Assembly: GCF_009834535.1 (NCBI RefSeq)
Contig: NC_045697.1
Location: 119,786,001-119,850,000 of the forward strand
Direction of reading: 5' to 3'
DNA: 64,000 nucleotides
From: Camelus ferus
Lineage: Eukaryota
Each line of letters opens with the position of its first letter. Position 1 is the stretch's first letter. Shown here piece by piece: positions 27,301-41,590 of the stretch. The notes below the pieces were generated by a model, which was given only the letters and a program-made list of their open reading frames with translations, was not told the origin of the DNA and ran no database searches. Position numbers and translations under genes: made by a program.

Positions 27301-30300
27301 AAAACCACAAGATTCCTGGGGGCACATTTCTCTCTCTCTGGGTGAAGTCCTCTTATTACCTCTACAGTCAATCTCTGGGCACTCGTTGCTACTTGGCTTT
27401 CAAGCCGAACCCCAAGCTTTCCCTCGCAGCCCGCCCTGGAAAACACTCAGAGATAAAAGTTAATGGTTCTATTGGAACTCAAGCACTGCAGACCGTTGTA
27501 GGAACCTCCGAACACGCAGGATAACAGAAAAATTTTTTTGTGTCTCATTGAGATGGTAAAAGCTCCACGCATGTTTCAGGGTGTACTGGTGTTCCTAGGT
27601 TGTGGGAGGTCAGATACATTCCACTACAGCCCATGGGGTAGTACTCGCAATTGCTTGGCTTTCCAGCCCATCCAACAGTTTCCTTTGCAACCCAGTCTGA
27701 GAAAAGTATTATTAAATGTAGCTAATATTTCTATCAGAACCCTCGTGCTGCAGTTTGTTATAGGAAATTCAACACACACAGGTTTCCCAAACACGGCTTT
27801 GCTGGGAAGAGTTTTGAAGCCCCAATCCACAAACATGTCTGGGGGCTCAAGTATTTCCCTGTTAGGGTGAAGTCCACGAATTAGCTCTACAGTCCTTCTC
27901 GGGCACCCGCTGCTACTTGGAATTCCAGCCCAACACCAATGTTTCCCTTGCAGCCCGGCCTGGGTTAACACAGAGCGAAAAGAAGCAATTGGTGCTGTTT
28001 GAACCCATGCCCTGCTGACAATTTTGGTAAGTTTCGAACACTCACGATAACAGAACATATCTTTCTATTTGTGACGGAGTTAGGAAAACACATTCCAGGG
28101 ATGTTTCTGAGGGTACAGCTTTTACCAGGATGGGAGATGTCGCCTAATTACCTCCGCTTCCAATGGGGAGGCACTCTATACTTCTTCGCTTTCCAGACCA
28201 ACTCCCAGCTTTCCTTTGAATCCCGGCCTAAGGAAACACCTAGGGATGACAATATTAGCGATTCTATCAGAATACCCTCTCTGCTGACTGTTGGAGGTAC
28301 AACACACACTCAAAATTCTGGAACATGTCTTTGCTTGGTGGAGGTATGGAGACCAACACCACAATATGCCTGGGGGCACAGTTTCTCTCTGTCTGGAAGA
28401 AGTCCGCTAATTACCTCTAAAGTCAATATCTGGGCAATCCTGGCTAATTGGATTTCCAGCCGAACCACCAGTTTCCCTCGCAGCCCGCCCTGGAACCCAC
28501 TCAGAGATTATAAGCTAGTGGTTCTTTTGGAACCCTGGCGCTGCAGACCGTTGTACGAAGATCTGCACAAGCAGGATAACACAACACTTTTTTTATGTCT
28601 GATTGAGATGGTAAAAATTCCACGCATGTTTAAGGGGGTACAGGTTTTCCTAGGTTGGGGGAGGTCAGATTATTCCCATTAATGCCCATGGGGGGGTAAT
28701 CACTCCTGCTTGGATTTCCATCCCATCCCCCAGTTTCCCTTGCTACCCAGTTCAGAGAAATGAGTCAGGAAATATAGCTTAAGTTTCTATTAGAACCCAG
28801 GAGCTGCTGACAATTGTAGAAACCTCCCCATACACAGGGTAACAGATCACTTCTTTGTGTGTGAGATGGAGTAGGAATACACAGTACATGCATGTACCTG
28901 GGGTGCAGGTGTAACCAGTTTTGGAGACGTTGGCTAAGTATCTCCACAACCCATGGCGAGGCACTCTGTTTTCTTGGATTTGCAGCTTTACTCCCAGCTT
29001 TCCCTTGCAGCCTGGGTTAGGAAAACACCCAGGAATGACAAACTAAATCATTCTATCAGAACCAGGGCGCTGCTGTATGTTGGAGGAACCTCCAAACACT
29101 CAGGATTCTGGAACAAGGATTTGCTTTGTGCGAATTGTGAAGCCCCAAAGCACACTCATTGCTCGGGCCTAAGATTTTCCCTTTTAGGGCCAAGTCTGTT
29201 AAGTACCTCCATAGTCCATTTCGGGGCTCTCGCTGCTACTTGGATTTCCAGCCCAACCCCCATGTTTCCCTTGCAGCCCTTCCTGGGGTAACAGAGGGAA
29301 CAGAAGCTATTGGTGCTATTCAAACCCGTGCCCTGCTGGCAATTGTGGAAACCTTCAAACACTCAGTATAACAGAACATATCTTTCTGTGTGTGATGGAG
29401 TAGGAAAACACACAACAGGCATTTTCCTGGGGATCCAGGTTTTCCCAAGGTTGGGAAATGTCACCTTGATACCTTCAGTGCCCATGGTGTGGCACTGTCT
29501 TCTTCTTCATATTCAAGCTCAACTCGTATATTTCCCTTGCAGCCTGGACAATGAAATACCCATGGATGACAAATAAGTGATTCTATCAGAACCCCGGCGT
29601 TGCTGTCTGTTGGAGGAACCTCCAAACCTTCAGGATTCTGGAACACGTCTTTGAGTGTGGGGAGTTTTGGAACCCCAATTCACGCAGATGGATGGGGTCA
29701 CAGACTTATCCCTGTTAGGGAGAATTCCGCTAATTATCTCCACAGTGAATCTTGGGGCAATCGCTGCTTCTTAGATTTTCAGTCTATCCCCAAGTTTTCA
29801 CAAACATCCCGGCCTTGTAAAACACTCAGTGATAATAAGCTAGGTTTCTATTGGAACCCAGGTGCTGCAGACAATTGTAGGGAACTCCCCACCCTCAGAA
29901 TAACAGAACAATAATTTGAGTGTCTGATTTAGATGGGTAAACTAAATCCACGCATGTTTCAGTTTGTATAGGAGTTCCTAGATTGTGGGAGTTCGCATAT
30001 TTACATCCACTGTCCATGGAGAGTCCCTTGCAGTTGCTTGGATTCCAGCCCAACCACCAGCATTCCCTCGCATCCCAGCCTGTGAAAACACTCAGGGAAA
30101 GTAAGCTACAGTTTCTATAAGAACTAAGGCGCTCCTGACATTTTTAGAAACCTCCCTATACTAAGGAAAACAGAACACAGCTTTGTGTGTTTGATGGAGT
30201 AGGAAAACACAGTAAGGCATATCTCTGGGGTGCAGGTGTTCGCAGGATGGGAAATGTTGGCTAATTACCTCCACTGCCCATGGGGAAGCACTCTCTTTTT

Positions 30301-32226
30301 CTTCGATATCCAGCCCTAATCCTAGCATTCCCTTGCAGCCCGACCGTGGAAAACACCCAGGGATGACAAACTAAATCATTCTATCAGAACCAGGGCGCTT
30401 CTGTAAGATGGAGGAGCCTCCAAACACTCAGGATACCGGAAAACGGATTTGCTTGCTGCGAATTGTGAAGCCCCACAGCACACTCATTGCTGGGGCCAAG
30501 ATTTTACCTTTTAGGGCCAAGTCCGCTAATTAGCTCCATAGTCCATCTCGGGGCACTCGCTGCTACTTGGATTCCCAGCCCAAACCCAAGCTTTCCCTTG
30601 CAGCACGGCCTTGGAAAACACACAGGGAAAATATGTTAATGGTTGTAATGGAACCCAGCCTCTACCTACTTTTGTAGGAAACTTCCTACAACTAGGATAA
30701 ATGAAGAAATATTTGTGTGTCTGATGGAGATGTGCAAACCATCTCCAATCTTGTATCAGTGGACTTAGGTTTTCCAAGGCTGTGGGACGTCGGAAAATTA
30801 CCTCAAGTTCTCATAGGAAGTAACTCGCTGCTTCTACGAATTAAAGCCAAGACCAGAGCTTTACCTCGCAGCCAGGCCTGTGAAAACACTCTGGGAAAAC
30901 TAAATACTGGTTCTACTAGAACCCAGGTGCTGCTGAAATTTGTAGAATCCTCCCCACACTCAGGATAGCAGAACAAATTTTTTGTGTGTGATGGTGGAGG
31001 AAAATACACTCCAGGCATGTTTCTGGGCGTGCAGCTGTTCCCAGGTTTGAAGATGTCGCCTAATTACTTCCAATTCCAATAGGGAGGCACTCTATACTTC
31101 TTCACTTTCCAGGCCAACTCCCAGCATTCGTTTGAATCCCGGCCTAAGAAAACACCTAGGGATGACAATATTAGTGATTCTATCAGAACCCACGCTCTGC
31201 TGACTGTTGGAGGTACAACACACACTCAAAATTCTGGAATATGGCTTTGCTTGGTGGAGGTGTGGAGACCAACACCACAAGATGCCTGGGGGCACAGTTT
31301 CTCTCTGTCTGGGAGAAGTTCGCTATTTACCTTTACAGTCAATCTCTATGCAATCATGGTTACATGGCTTTCCAGCAGAACCCACAGTTTACCTCGCAGC
31401 CCACCCTGGAAAACATTCAGAGATTATAAGCTAGTGGTTCTATTGGAACCCAGGCACTGCAGACTTTTGTAGGAAGCTCCGCACACGCAGGATAAGAGAA
31501 CACTTTTTTAGTGTCTGATTGAGATGGTAAAAACTCCACGCATGTTTCAGGGTTTACAGGTTTTCCTAGGATGTGGGAGGTCAGATTATTCCCATTAAAG
31601 CCCATGGGAAGTAGTCATTCCTTCTTGGACTTCCATCCCATCTCCCAGTTTCCCTTGCAACCCAGTCAGAGAAAGCAGTCAGGAAATTTAGCTAAATTTT
31701 CTATTAGAACCCAGGCGCTTCTGACAATTGTAGAAACTTCCCCATACACAGGGTAACAGAACACTACTTTGTGTATTTGATGGAGTCGGAATACACAGTC
31801 CGTGCATGAATATATGGTTCAGGTGTAACGAGGTTTGGAGACATTGGCTAAGTATCTCCATATCCCATGGGGAGGCACTCTGTTTTCTTCGTTTTCCAGC
31901 CCTACTCCCAGCTTTCCCTTGAAGAACGGGTTAGGAAAATACCTAGGGATGACAAACTAAGTGAATCTATCAGAACCCCGGCACTGCTGTCATTTGGAGG
32001 AACTTCCACACACACAGGATTCCCAAACACGGATTTGTTTGGAAGAATTTTGAAGCCCCAAACCCACACATGGCTGGGGGCTCTAGTTATTCCCTGTTAG
32101 AGAGAAGTCCGCTAATTATCTCTACAGTCCAGCTCGGGCAACCGCTGCTACTTGGAATTCCATCCCAAACCCCATGTTTCCCTTGCAGCCCGGCCTGGGG
32201 TATCACGGAGGGAAAAGAAGCTATTG
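21373..32226 (+). repeat. Copy 1 of a ~10.85-kb (41-monomer) tandem duplication
   Basis: Homologous ORF offsets are 10847-10852 (23152/34004, 23926/34778, 27122/37972, 27538/38388, 28176/39026, 29600/40447). The irregular monomer order is identical in both copies, including the H>C skip and the J/E and C/I hybrids. The left boundary is approximate. Confidence 0.85.
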
Positions 32227-35200
32227 GTTCTATTCGAACCCATTCCCTGATGAAAATTTTGGAAAACTTCGAACACTCAGGATAACAGAACATACCTTTC
32301 TGTGTGTGAAGGAGCGGGAAAACACACTCCAGGCATTTTTCTGGGGATCCAGGTTTTCCCAGGTTGGGAGATGTCGGCTAGATTCCTTCAGTGCCCATGT
32401 GGTTGCACTATCTTCTTCTACGTTTTCAAGACCAACTCCCAGCTTTCCCTTGCAGCCCGGACAAGTGAAACACCCATGGATGACAAATAAGTGATTCTAT
32501 CAGAACCACGGCGTTGCTGTCTGTTGGAGGATCCTCCAAAGCTTCAGGATTCTGGAACACGTCTTTGAGTGTGGGGAGTTGTGGAACCCCAATCCACCCA
32601 GATGGATGGGGTCACAGATTTGTCCCTGTTAGGGAGAAGTCTGCTAATTACCTCCACAGTGCATCTTGAGGCAATCGCTGCTTCTTAGATTTACAGTCTA
32701 TCCCCCAGTTTTCCCTCACAGCCCGGCCTTTTTTAACACTCAGTGATAATAAGCTAGATTTCTATTGGAACCCAGGTGCTGCAGACAATTTTAGGAACCT
32801 CCCCACACTCAGAATAACATAACAATATTTTGAGTGACTGATTTATATGGGTAAACTAAATCCACGCATGTTTCAGGTTGTATAGGCGTTCCTAGGTTTT
32901 GGGAGGTCGGATATTTACATCCACTGTCCATTGGGAGTCCCTTGCAGTTGCTTGGATTCCAGCCCAATCCCCAGCGTACCGTCGCATCCCGGTCTGTGAT
33001 AACACACAGAGAAATAAGCTACAGTTTCTATAAGAACTAAGGCGCTCCTGACAGTTGTAGAAACCTCCCTACAGTAAGGAAAACAGAACACATCTTTGTG
33101 TGTGTGATGGAGAAGGAAAACACAGTAAGGCATGTCTCTGGGGTGCAGGTGTTCGCAGGATGGGAAATGTTGGCTAAGTACCTCAACTGCCCTTGGGGAA
33201 GCACTCTCTTCTTCTTCGAAATCCAGCATTAATCCAAGCATTCCCTTGCAGCCCGACCGTGGAAAACACCCAGGGATGACAAACTAAATCATTCTATCAG
33301 AACCAGGGCGCTGCTGTATGTTGGAGGTATCTCCAAACTCTCAGGATTCCAGAACACGTATTTGCTTGGAAGAATTTTGAAGCCCCAGAGCACACTCATT
33401 TTTGGGGCCCAAGATTTTCCCTTTTAGGGCCAAGTAGGCTAATTACCTCCATAGTCCATCTTGGGGCACTCGCTGCTACTTGGATTTCCAGCCCAAACCC
33501 AAGAATTCCCTCACAGCCCGGCCTGAGAAAACACACAGGGAAAATATGTTATTGGTTGCAATGTAACCCAGTCTCTACCTACCGTTGTAGGAAACTTCCC
33601 ACAATTTGGATAATAGAAGAAACATTTGTGTGTCTGATGGTGATGAGTAAACAAACTCCAAGCATGTATCAGGGGGCTTAGGTGTTCCAAGGCTGTGGGA
33701 CTTCGAAAAATTTCCTCAAATTCTCATGGGGAGTAACTCGCTGCTGCTACGAATTACAGCCAAGACCACGGCTTTACCTCGCAGTCAGGCCTGTGAAAAT
33801 ACTCACAGGAACCTAAATACTGGTTCTACTAGAACACAGGCACTGCTGAAATTTGTAGAATCCTCCAAAAACTCAGGATAGCAGAACAAGTTTTTGTGTG
33901 TTATGGTGTAATAAAATACACTCCAGGAATGTTTATGGGGGTACAGCTTTTCCCAGGTTTGGAGATGTCACCTAATTACCTCCACTTCCAATGGGGAGGC
34001 ACTCTATACTTCTTCGATTTCCAGACCAACTCCCAGCTTTCGTTTGAAGCCCGGCCTAAGAAAACACCTAGGGATGACAATATTATTGATTCTATCAGAA
34101 CCCACGCTCTGCTGTCTTTTGGAGGTACAACACACACTGAAAATTCCGGAACATGACTTTGCTTCGTGGAGGTGTGGAAACCAACACCACAGGATGCCTG
34201 GGGGCACAGTTTCTCACTGTCTGGGAGAAGTCCGCTAATTAGCTTTACAGTCAATATCTGGGCATTCATGGCTACTTGGCTTTCCAGACGAACACCCAGT
34301 TTCCAACCCAGCCCGCCATGGAAAACACTCAGAAATTATAAGCTAGTGGTTCTATTGGACCCAGGCACTGCAGACCGTTGTAGGAAGCTCCGCACACGCA
34401 GGATAACAAAACACTTTTTTTGTGTCTGATTGAGATTGTAAAAACTCCACGCATGTTATAGGGGGTACAGGTTTTCCAAATTTGGGGGAGGTCAGATTAA
34501 TCCCATTAATGCCAATGGGGAGGTAATCGCTCCTGCTTGAATTTCCATCCCATCCCCCAGTTTCCCTTGCAACCCAGTCAGAGAAAACAGTCAGGAAATT
34601 TAGCTAAATTTCTATTAGAACCCAGGCGCTGCTGACAGTTGTAGAAACCTCCCCATTCACAGGGTAACAGAACACTTCTTTCAGTGTGTGATGGAGTAGG
34701 AATACACATTCCATGCATGTATCTGGGGTGTAGGTGTAACCAGGATTTGAGGCGTTGGCTAAGAATTTCCACAGCCCATGGGGAGGCATTCAGTTTTCTT
34801 CATTTTCCAGTCCTACTCCCAGCTTTACCTTGCAGCCCGGGTTAGGAAAACACCCAGGGATGACAAACTAAATCATTCTATCAGAACCAGTGTGCTGCTA
34901 TATGATGGAGGAACCTCCAAACCCTCAGGATTCCGGAACAGGGATTTGCTTGGTGCGAATTGTGAAGCCCCACAGCACACTCATTCCTGGGGCCCAAGAT
35001 TTTCCCTTTTAGGGCCAATTCCGCTAATTACCTCCATAGTCCATCTCGGGGCACACGCTGTTACTTGGATTTCCAGCCCAAACCCAAGCATTCCCTTGAA
35101 TCCCTGCCTGGGAAAACACACAGGGAATATATGTTATTGGTTGTAATGGAACCCAGTCTCTACCTAACGTTGTAGGAACCTTCCCACAACTAGGATAAAA

Positions 35201-38200
35201 GAAGAAATATTTGTGTGTCTGATGGTGATGTGTAAAGAATCTCCAAGCAATTATCAGGGGTCTTAGGTGTTCCAAGGCTGTGGGACGTCGGAAATTTACC
35301 TCAAATTCTCATGGGGAGTAACTCGCTGCTGCTACGAATTACAGCCAATCCCACAGCTTTACCTGGCCGCCAGGCCTGTGGAAAAACTCATGGAAAACTA
35401 AATACTGGTGCTACTAGGACCCAGGCGCTGCTGAAAGTTGTAGAATCCTCCCCACACTCAGGATAGCAGAACAAATTTTTGTGTGTGGGATGGTGTAGGA
35501 AAATACACTCCAGGCATTTTTCTGGGGTAACAGCTGTTCCCAGGTTTAGAGATGTCGCCAAATTACCTCCACTTGCAATGGGGAGGCACTCTATACTTCT
35601 TCGCTTTCCAGACCAACTCCCAGCTTTCCTTTGAAGCCCGGCCTAAGAAAAAACCTAGGGATGACAATATTAGCGATTCTATCAGAACCCCCGCTCTGCT
35701 GCGTGTTGGAGGTACAACACACACTCAAAATTCCGGAACATGGCTTTGATTGCTGGAGGTATGGAGACTACCACCACAAGATGCCTGTGGGCACAGTTCC
35801 TCTCTGTCTGGGAGATGTCCGCTAATTAACTCTACAGTCAATCTCTGGGCATTCCTTTCTACTTGGCTTTCCCGGCGAACCCCCAGTTTCCCTCGCAGCC
35901 CGCCCTAAAAACACTCAGAGATTATAAGCTAGTGGTTCTATTGGAACAATGGCACTGCAGACTCTTGTAGGAAGCTCCGCACACGTAGGATAACAGAACA
36001 CTATTTTGTGTCTGATTGAGATGTTAAAAACTGCACGCATGTTTCAGGGGTTACAGGTTTTCCTAGGCTGGGGGAGGTCAGAATATTCCCATTAATGCCC
36101 ATGTGGAGGTAATCGCTCCTGCTTGGAATTCCATCCCATCCCCTGGTTTCCCTTGCAACCCAGTCAGAGAAAGCAGTCAGGAAATTTAGCTAAAATTTCT
36201 ATCAGAACCCAGGCGATGCTGACACTTGTTTAAACCTCCCCATACACAGTGTAACATAACACTTTTTTGTGAGTGTGATGCAGTAGGAATACACACACCA
36301 TGATGTATCTGGGGTGCAGGAGTAAACAGGCTGTGAGACGTTAGCTAAGTATCTCCACAGCCCATGGGGAGTCACTCTGTTTTTTAGTTTTCCAGCCCTA
36401 CTCAAAGCTTTCCCTTGCAGCCCGGGTTAGGAAAACTCCTAGGGATGACATACTAAGTGATTCTATCAGAACCCCGGCGCTGCTGTCTGTTGGAGGAGCC
36501 TCCACACACACAGGATTCCCAAATACTGCTTTGCTTGAAAGAATTTTGAAGCCCCAATCCACACACATGGCTGGGGCTCAAGTTTTTCCCTGTTACGGAG
36601 AAGTACGCTAATTAGCTCCACAGTCGATCTCGGGCACCCGCTGCTACTTGTTATTCCAGCCCAACCCACATGATTCCCATGCAGCCCGGCCTGGGGTAAC
36701 ACATAGGGAAAAGAAGCTGTTGGTGCTATTCGAACCCATGCCCTGCTGACAATTGTGGAACCTTCGAACACTCAGGATAACAAAACATAACTTTATGTGT
36801 GTGATGGAGGAGTAAAACACACTCCAGGCATTTTTCTGGGGATCCAGTTTTTCCCAGGTTGGGAGATGTCGGCTAGATTGCTTCACTGCCCATGTTGATG
36901 CATTGACTTCTTCTTCGTTTTCAAGCCCAACTCCCAAATTTCCCTTGCATCCCGTTGTATGATTATACCCAGTGATGACAATCTAAGTGATTTTATCAGA
37001 GCAAAGATGCTGCTGTATTTTTTAAGAACTTCCATAAACTTAGGATTCTGAATCACGTCTATGTTTGGGGGTAGCTTTGGAGACCAACACCACAGAGATG
37101 GCTGGGGGCACAGGTTTTTCCCTGTTAGGGAGATGTCCGCTAAATACCTCCACATTCCATCTCGGGTCACTCGCTGCTACATGGCTTTCCAGCGCAAGCG
37201 CAGCATTCCCTCGCAGGCTGGCCTGGAAAAACAATCAGGGATAATATGCCAGTGGTTCTATTGGAACCCAGGTGCTGCAGAACATTGTACGATACTCCCC
37301 ACACACAAAAAATTAGAACAATTCTTTTTGTGTCTCATGAAGTTTCGTAAAAAAACTCCACGCGTGTTTCAGGGGTTAAGGTGCTGCTACATAGTGGGAG
37401 TTCGGGTAATTCCCTCCAATGCCCAAGGGGAGGCACTCGCTCCTGCTTGTCTTTCCAGCCCAACCCCCAGCATTTCCTCTCAGCCCGGCCTGGGAAAACA
37501 CTCAGGGATTATATGCTATAGGTTGTATTGGAACCCAGTCGCTACCTTCCGTTTTATTCTACTTCCCACATGTGGGATAACAGAAGTAATCTTTGTGTGT
37601 CTGATGGAGATGGGTAAACAAACTCCACGCATGTTTCAGGTGGCACAGTTGTTCCAAGGCTGTGGGACGTCGGAAAATTACCTCAAATTCTCATGGGGAA
37701 TATCTCATTGTTGCTACGAAATTCAGCCAATCCCACAGTTTTAACTCGTAGCTAGGCGTGTGAAAATAGTCACGGAAAGAAAATACTGGTGCTATTAGAA
37801 CCCAGGCACTGCTGATATTTGTAGAATCCTCCCCACACTCAGGAGAGCAGAACACATCTTTGTGTGTGTGATGGTGTAGAAAAATACACTCCAGGCATAT
37901 TTCTGAGGGTACAGCTCTTCCCAGGATTGGAGATGTCGCCTAATTACCTCCACTGCCAATGGGGAGGCAATCTATACTTCTTCGCTTTCCAGACCATCTC
38001 CCAAATTTCCCTTACAGCCCGGCCTAAGAAAACACCTAGGGATGACAATATTAGTGATTCTATGAGAAACCCATCGCAGCTGCCTGTTGGAGGTACAACA
38101 CAAACTCAAAATTCTGGAACATGTTTTTGCTTGGTGGAGGTTTGGAGACCAACACCACAAGATTCCTGGGGGCACATTTCTCTCTCTCTGGGTGAAGTCC

Positions 38201-41200
38201 GCTAATTACCTCTACAGTCAATCTCTGGGCACTCGTTGCTACTTGGCTTTCAAGCCGAACCCCAAGCTTTCCCTAGCAGTCCGCCCTGGAAAACACTCAG
38301 AGATAAAAGTTAATGGTTCTATTGGAACTCAAGCACTGCAGACCGTTGTAGGAACCTCCGAACACGCAGGATAACAGAAAACGTTTTTTGTGTCTCATTG
38401 AGATGGTAAAAGCTCCACGCATGTTTCAGGGTGTACTGGTGTTCCTAGGTTGTGGGAGGTCAGATACATCCCACTACAGCCCATGGGGAAATACTCGCAC
38501 CTGCTTGGCTTTCCAGCCCATCCCCCAGTTTCCTTTGCAACCCAGCCTGAGAAAAGGATTAGGAAATGTAACTAAAATTTCTATCAGAACCCCCGTGCTG
38601 CAGTTTGTTGTAGGAACTTCAACACACACAGGATTCCGAAACACGGCTTTGCTTGGGAGAGTTTTGAAGCCCCAATCCACAAACATGTCTGGGGGCTCAA
38701 GTATTTCCCTGTTAGGGAGAAGTCCGCGAGTTACCTCTACAGTCCTTCTCGGGCACCCGCTGCTACTTGGAATTCCAGCCCAACACCAATGTTTCCCTTG
38801 CAGCCCGGCCTGGGTTAACACAGAGCGAAAAGAAGCAATTGGTGCTGTTTGAACCCATGCCCTGCTGACAATTGTGGAAACATTCGAACACTCAGGATAA
38901 CAGAACATATCTTTCTGTGTGTGACGGAGTTAGGAAAACACACTCCAGGCATGTTTCTGAGGGTACAGCTTTTCCCAGGATGGGAGATGTCGCCTAATTA
39001 CCTCCGCTTCCAATGGGGAGGCACTCTATACTTCTTCGCTTTCCAGACCAACTCCCAGCTTTCCTTTGAATCCCGGCCTAAGGAAACACCTAGGGATGAC
39101 AATATTAGCGATTCTATCAGAATACCCTCTCTGCTGACTGTTGGAGGTACAACACACACTCAAAATTCCGGAACATGTCTTTGCTTGGTGGAGGTATGGA
39201 GACCAACACCACAATGTGCCTGGGGGCACAGTTTCTCTCTGTCTGGGTGAAGTCCGCTAATTACCTCTAAAGTCAATATCTGGGCAATCCTGGCTAATTG
39301 GATTTCCAGCCGAACCCCCAGTTTCCCTCGCAGCCCGCCCTGGAACCCACTCAGAGATTATAAGCTAGTGGTTCTTTTGGAACCCAAGCACTGCAGACCG
39401 TTGTAGGAAGCTCTGCACACGCAGGATAACACAACACTTTTTTTATGTCTGATTGAGATGGTAAAAATTCCACGCATGTTTCAGGGGGTACAGGTTTTCC
39501 TAGGTTGGGGGAGGTCAGATTATTCCCATTAATGCCCATGGGGAGGTAATCGCTCCTGCTTGGATTTCCATCCCATCCCCAAGTATCCCTTGCTACACAG
39601 TTCAGAGAAATGAGTCAGGAAATATAGCTTTAGTTTCTATTAGAACCCAGGAGCTGCTGACAATTGTAGAAACCTCCCCATACACAGGGTAACAGATCAC
39701 TTCTTTGTGTGTGAGATGGAGTAGGAATACACAGTACATGCATGTACCTGGGGTGCAGGTGTAACCAGTTTTGGAGACGTTGGCTAAGTATCTCCACAAC
39801 CCATGGCGAGGCACTCTGTTATCTTCGATTTCCAGCCTTACTCCCAATTTCACTTGCAGCCCGGGTTAGGAAAACACCCAGGAATGACAAACTAAATCAT
39901 TCTATCAGAATCAGGGCGCTGCTGTATGTTGGAGGAATCTCCAAACACTCAGGATTCTGGAAAAAGGATTTGCTTGGTGCGAATTGTGATGCCCCAAAGC
40001 ACACTCATTGCTGGGGCCTAAGATTTTCCCTTTTAGGGCCAAGTCCGTTAAGTACCTCCATAGTCCATCTCGGGGCTCTCGCTGCTACTTGGATTTCCAG
40101 CCCAACCCCCATGTATCACTTGCAGCCCGGCCAGGGGTAACAGAGGGAAAGAAGCTATTGGTGCTATTCAAACCCGTGCCCTGCTGACAATTGTGGAAAC
40201 CTTCGAACACTCAGGATAACAGAACAAATATTTCTTTGTGTGATGTAGTAGGAAAACACACTCCAGGCATTTTTCTGGGCATCCAGGTTTTCCCAGGTTG
40301 GGAAATGTCACCTTGATTCCTTCAGGGCCCATGGTGTGGCACTTTCTTCTTCTTCATTTTGAAGCCCAACTCCCAGGTTTCCCTTGCAGCCCGGACAATG
40401 AAATACCCATGGATGACAAATAATTGTTTCTATCAGAACCCCGGCATTGCTGTCTGTTGGAGGAACCTCCAAACCTTCAGGATTCTGGAACACGTCTTTG
40501 AGTCTGGGGAGTTTTGGAACCCCAATTCACGCAGATGGATGGGGTCACAGACTTGTCCCTGTTAGGGAGAATTCTGCTAATTACCTCCACAGTGAATCTT
40601 GGGGCAATCGCTGCTTCTTAGATTTTCAGTCTATCCCCAAATTTTCAATCACAGCCCGGCCTTGTAAAACACTCAGTGATAATAAGCTAGGTTTCTATTG
40701 GAACCCAGGTGCTGCAGACAATTGTAGGAAACTCCCCACCCTCAGAATAACATAACAATAAATTGAGTGTCTGATTTAGATGGGTAAACTAAATCCACGC
40801 ATGTTTCAGTTTGTATAGGAGTTCCTAGGTTGTGGGAGGTCGGATATTTACATCCACTGTCCATGGGGAGTCCCTTGCAGTTGCTTGGATTCCAGCCCAA
40901 CCCCCAGCATTCCCTCGCATCCTGGCCTGTGAAAACAGTCAGGGAAAAGAAGCTACAGTTTCCATTAGAACTAATTCGCTCCTGACAGTTGTAGAAACCT
41001 CCCTATACTAAGGAAAACAGAACACAAATTTGTGTGTGTGATGGAGTAGGAAAACACAGAAAGGCATGTCTCTCGGGTGCAGGTGTTCGCAGGATGGGAA
41101 ATGTTGGCTAATTACCTCCACTGCCCATGGGGAAGCACTCTCTTCTTCTTCGATATCCAGCCCTAATCCTAGCATTCCCTTGCACCCAGACCTTGGAAAA

Positions 41201-41590
41201 CACCCAGGGATGACAAACTATATCATTCTATCAGAACCAGGGCGCTGCTGTATGTTGGAGTAACCTCCAAACTCTCAGGATTCCGGAACACGGATTTGCT
41301 TGGTGCGAATTGTGAAGCCCCACAGCACACTCATTGCTGATGCCCAAGATTTTCCCTTTTAGGGCCAAGTCCGCTTATTACCTCCATAGTCCATCTCGGG
41401 GCAATCGCTGCTAATTGGATTTCCAGCCCAAACCCAAGCTTTCCCAAGCAGCCCGGCCTGGGAAAACACACAGGGATATTATGTTATTGGTTGTAATGGA
41501 ACCCAGTCTGTACCTACCGTTGTAGGAAACTTCCCACAACTAGGATAAAAGAAGAAACATTTGTGTGTCTGATGGAGATGGGTAAACAAA
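32227..41590 (+). repeat. Copy 2 (partial) of the ~10.85-kb duplication
   Basis: Collinear with ~21373-30740. Similarity ends within the D monomer starting at ~41490, which switches from a D2-type front (GATAAAAGAAGAAAC) to a D-type back (CTCCACGCATATTTCAGGGGGCACAGG) at ~41590. Confidence 0.82.
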
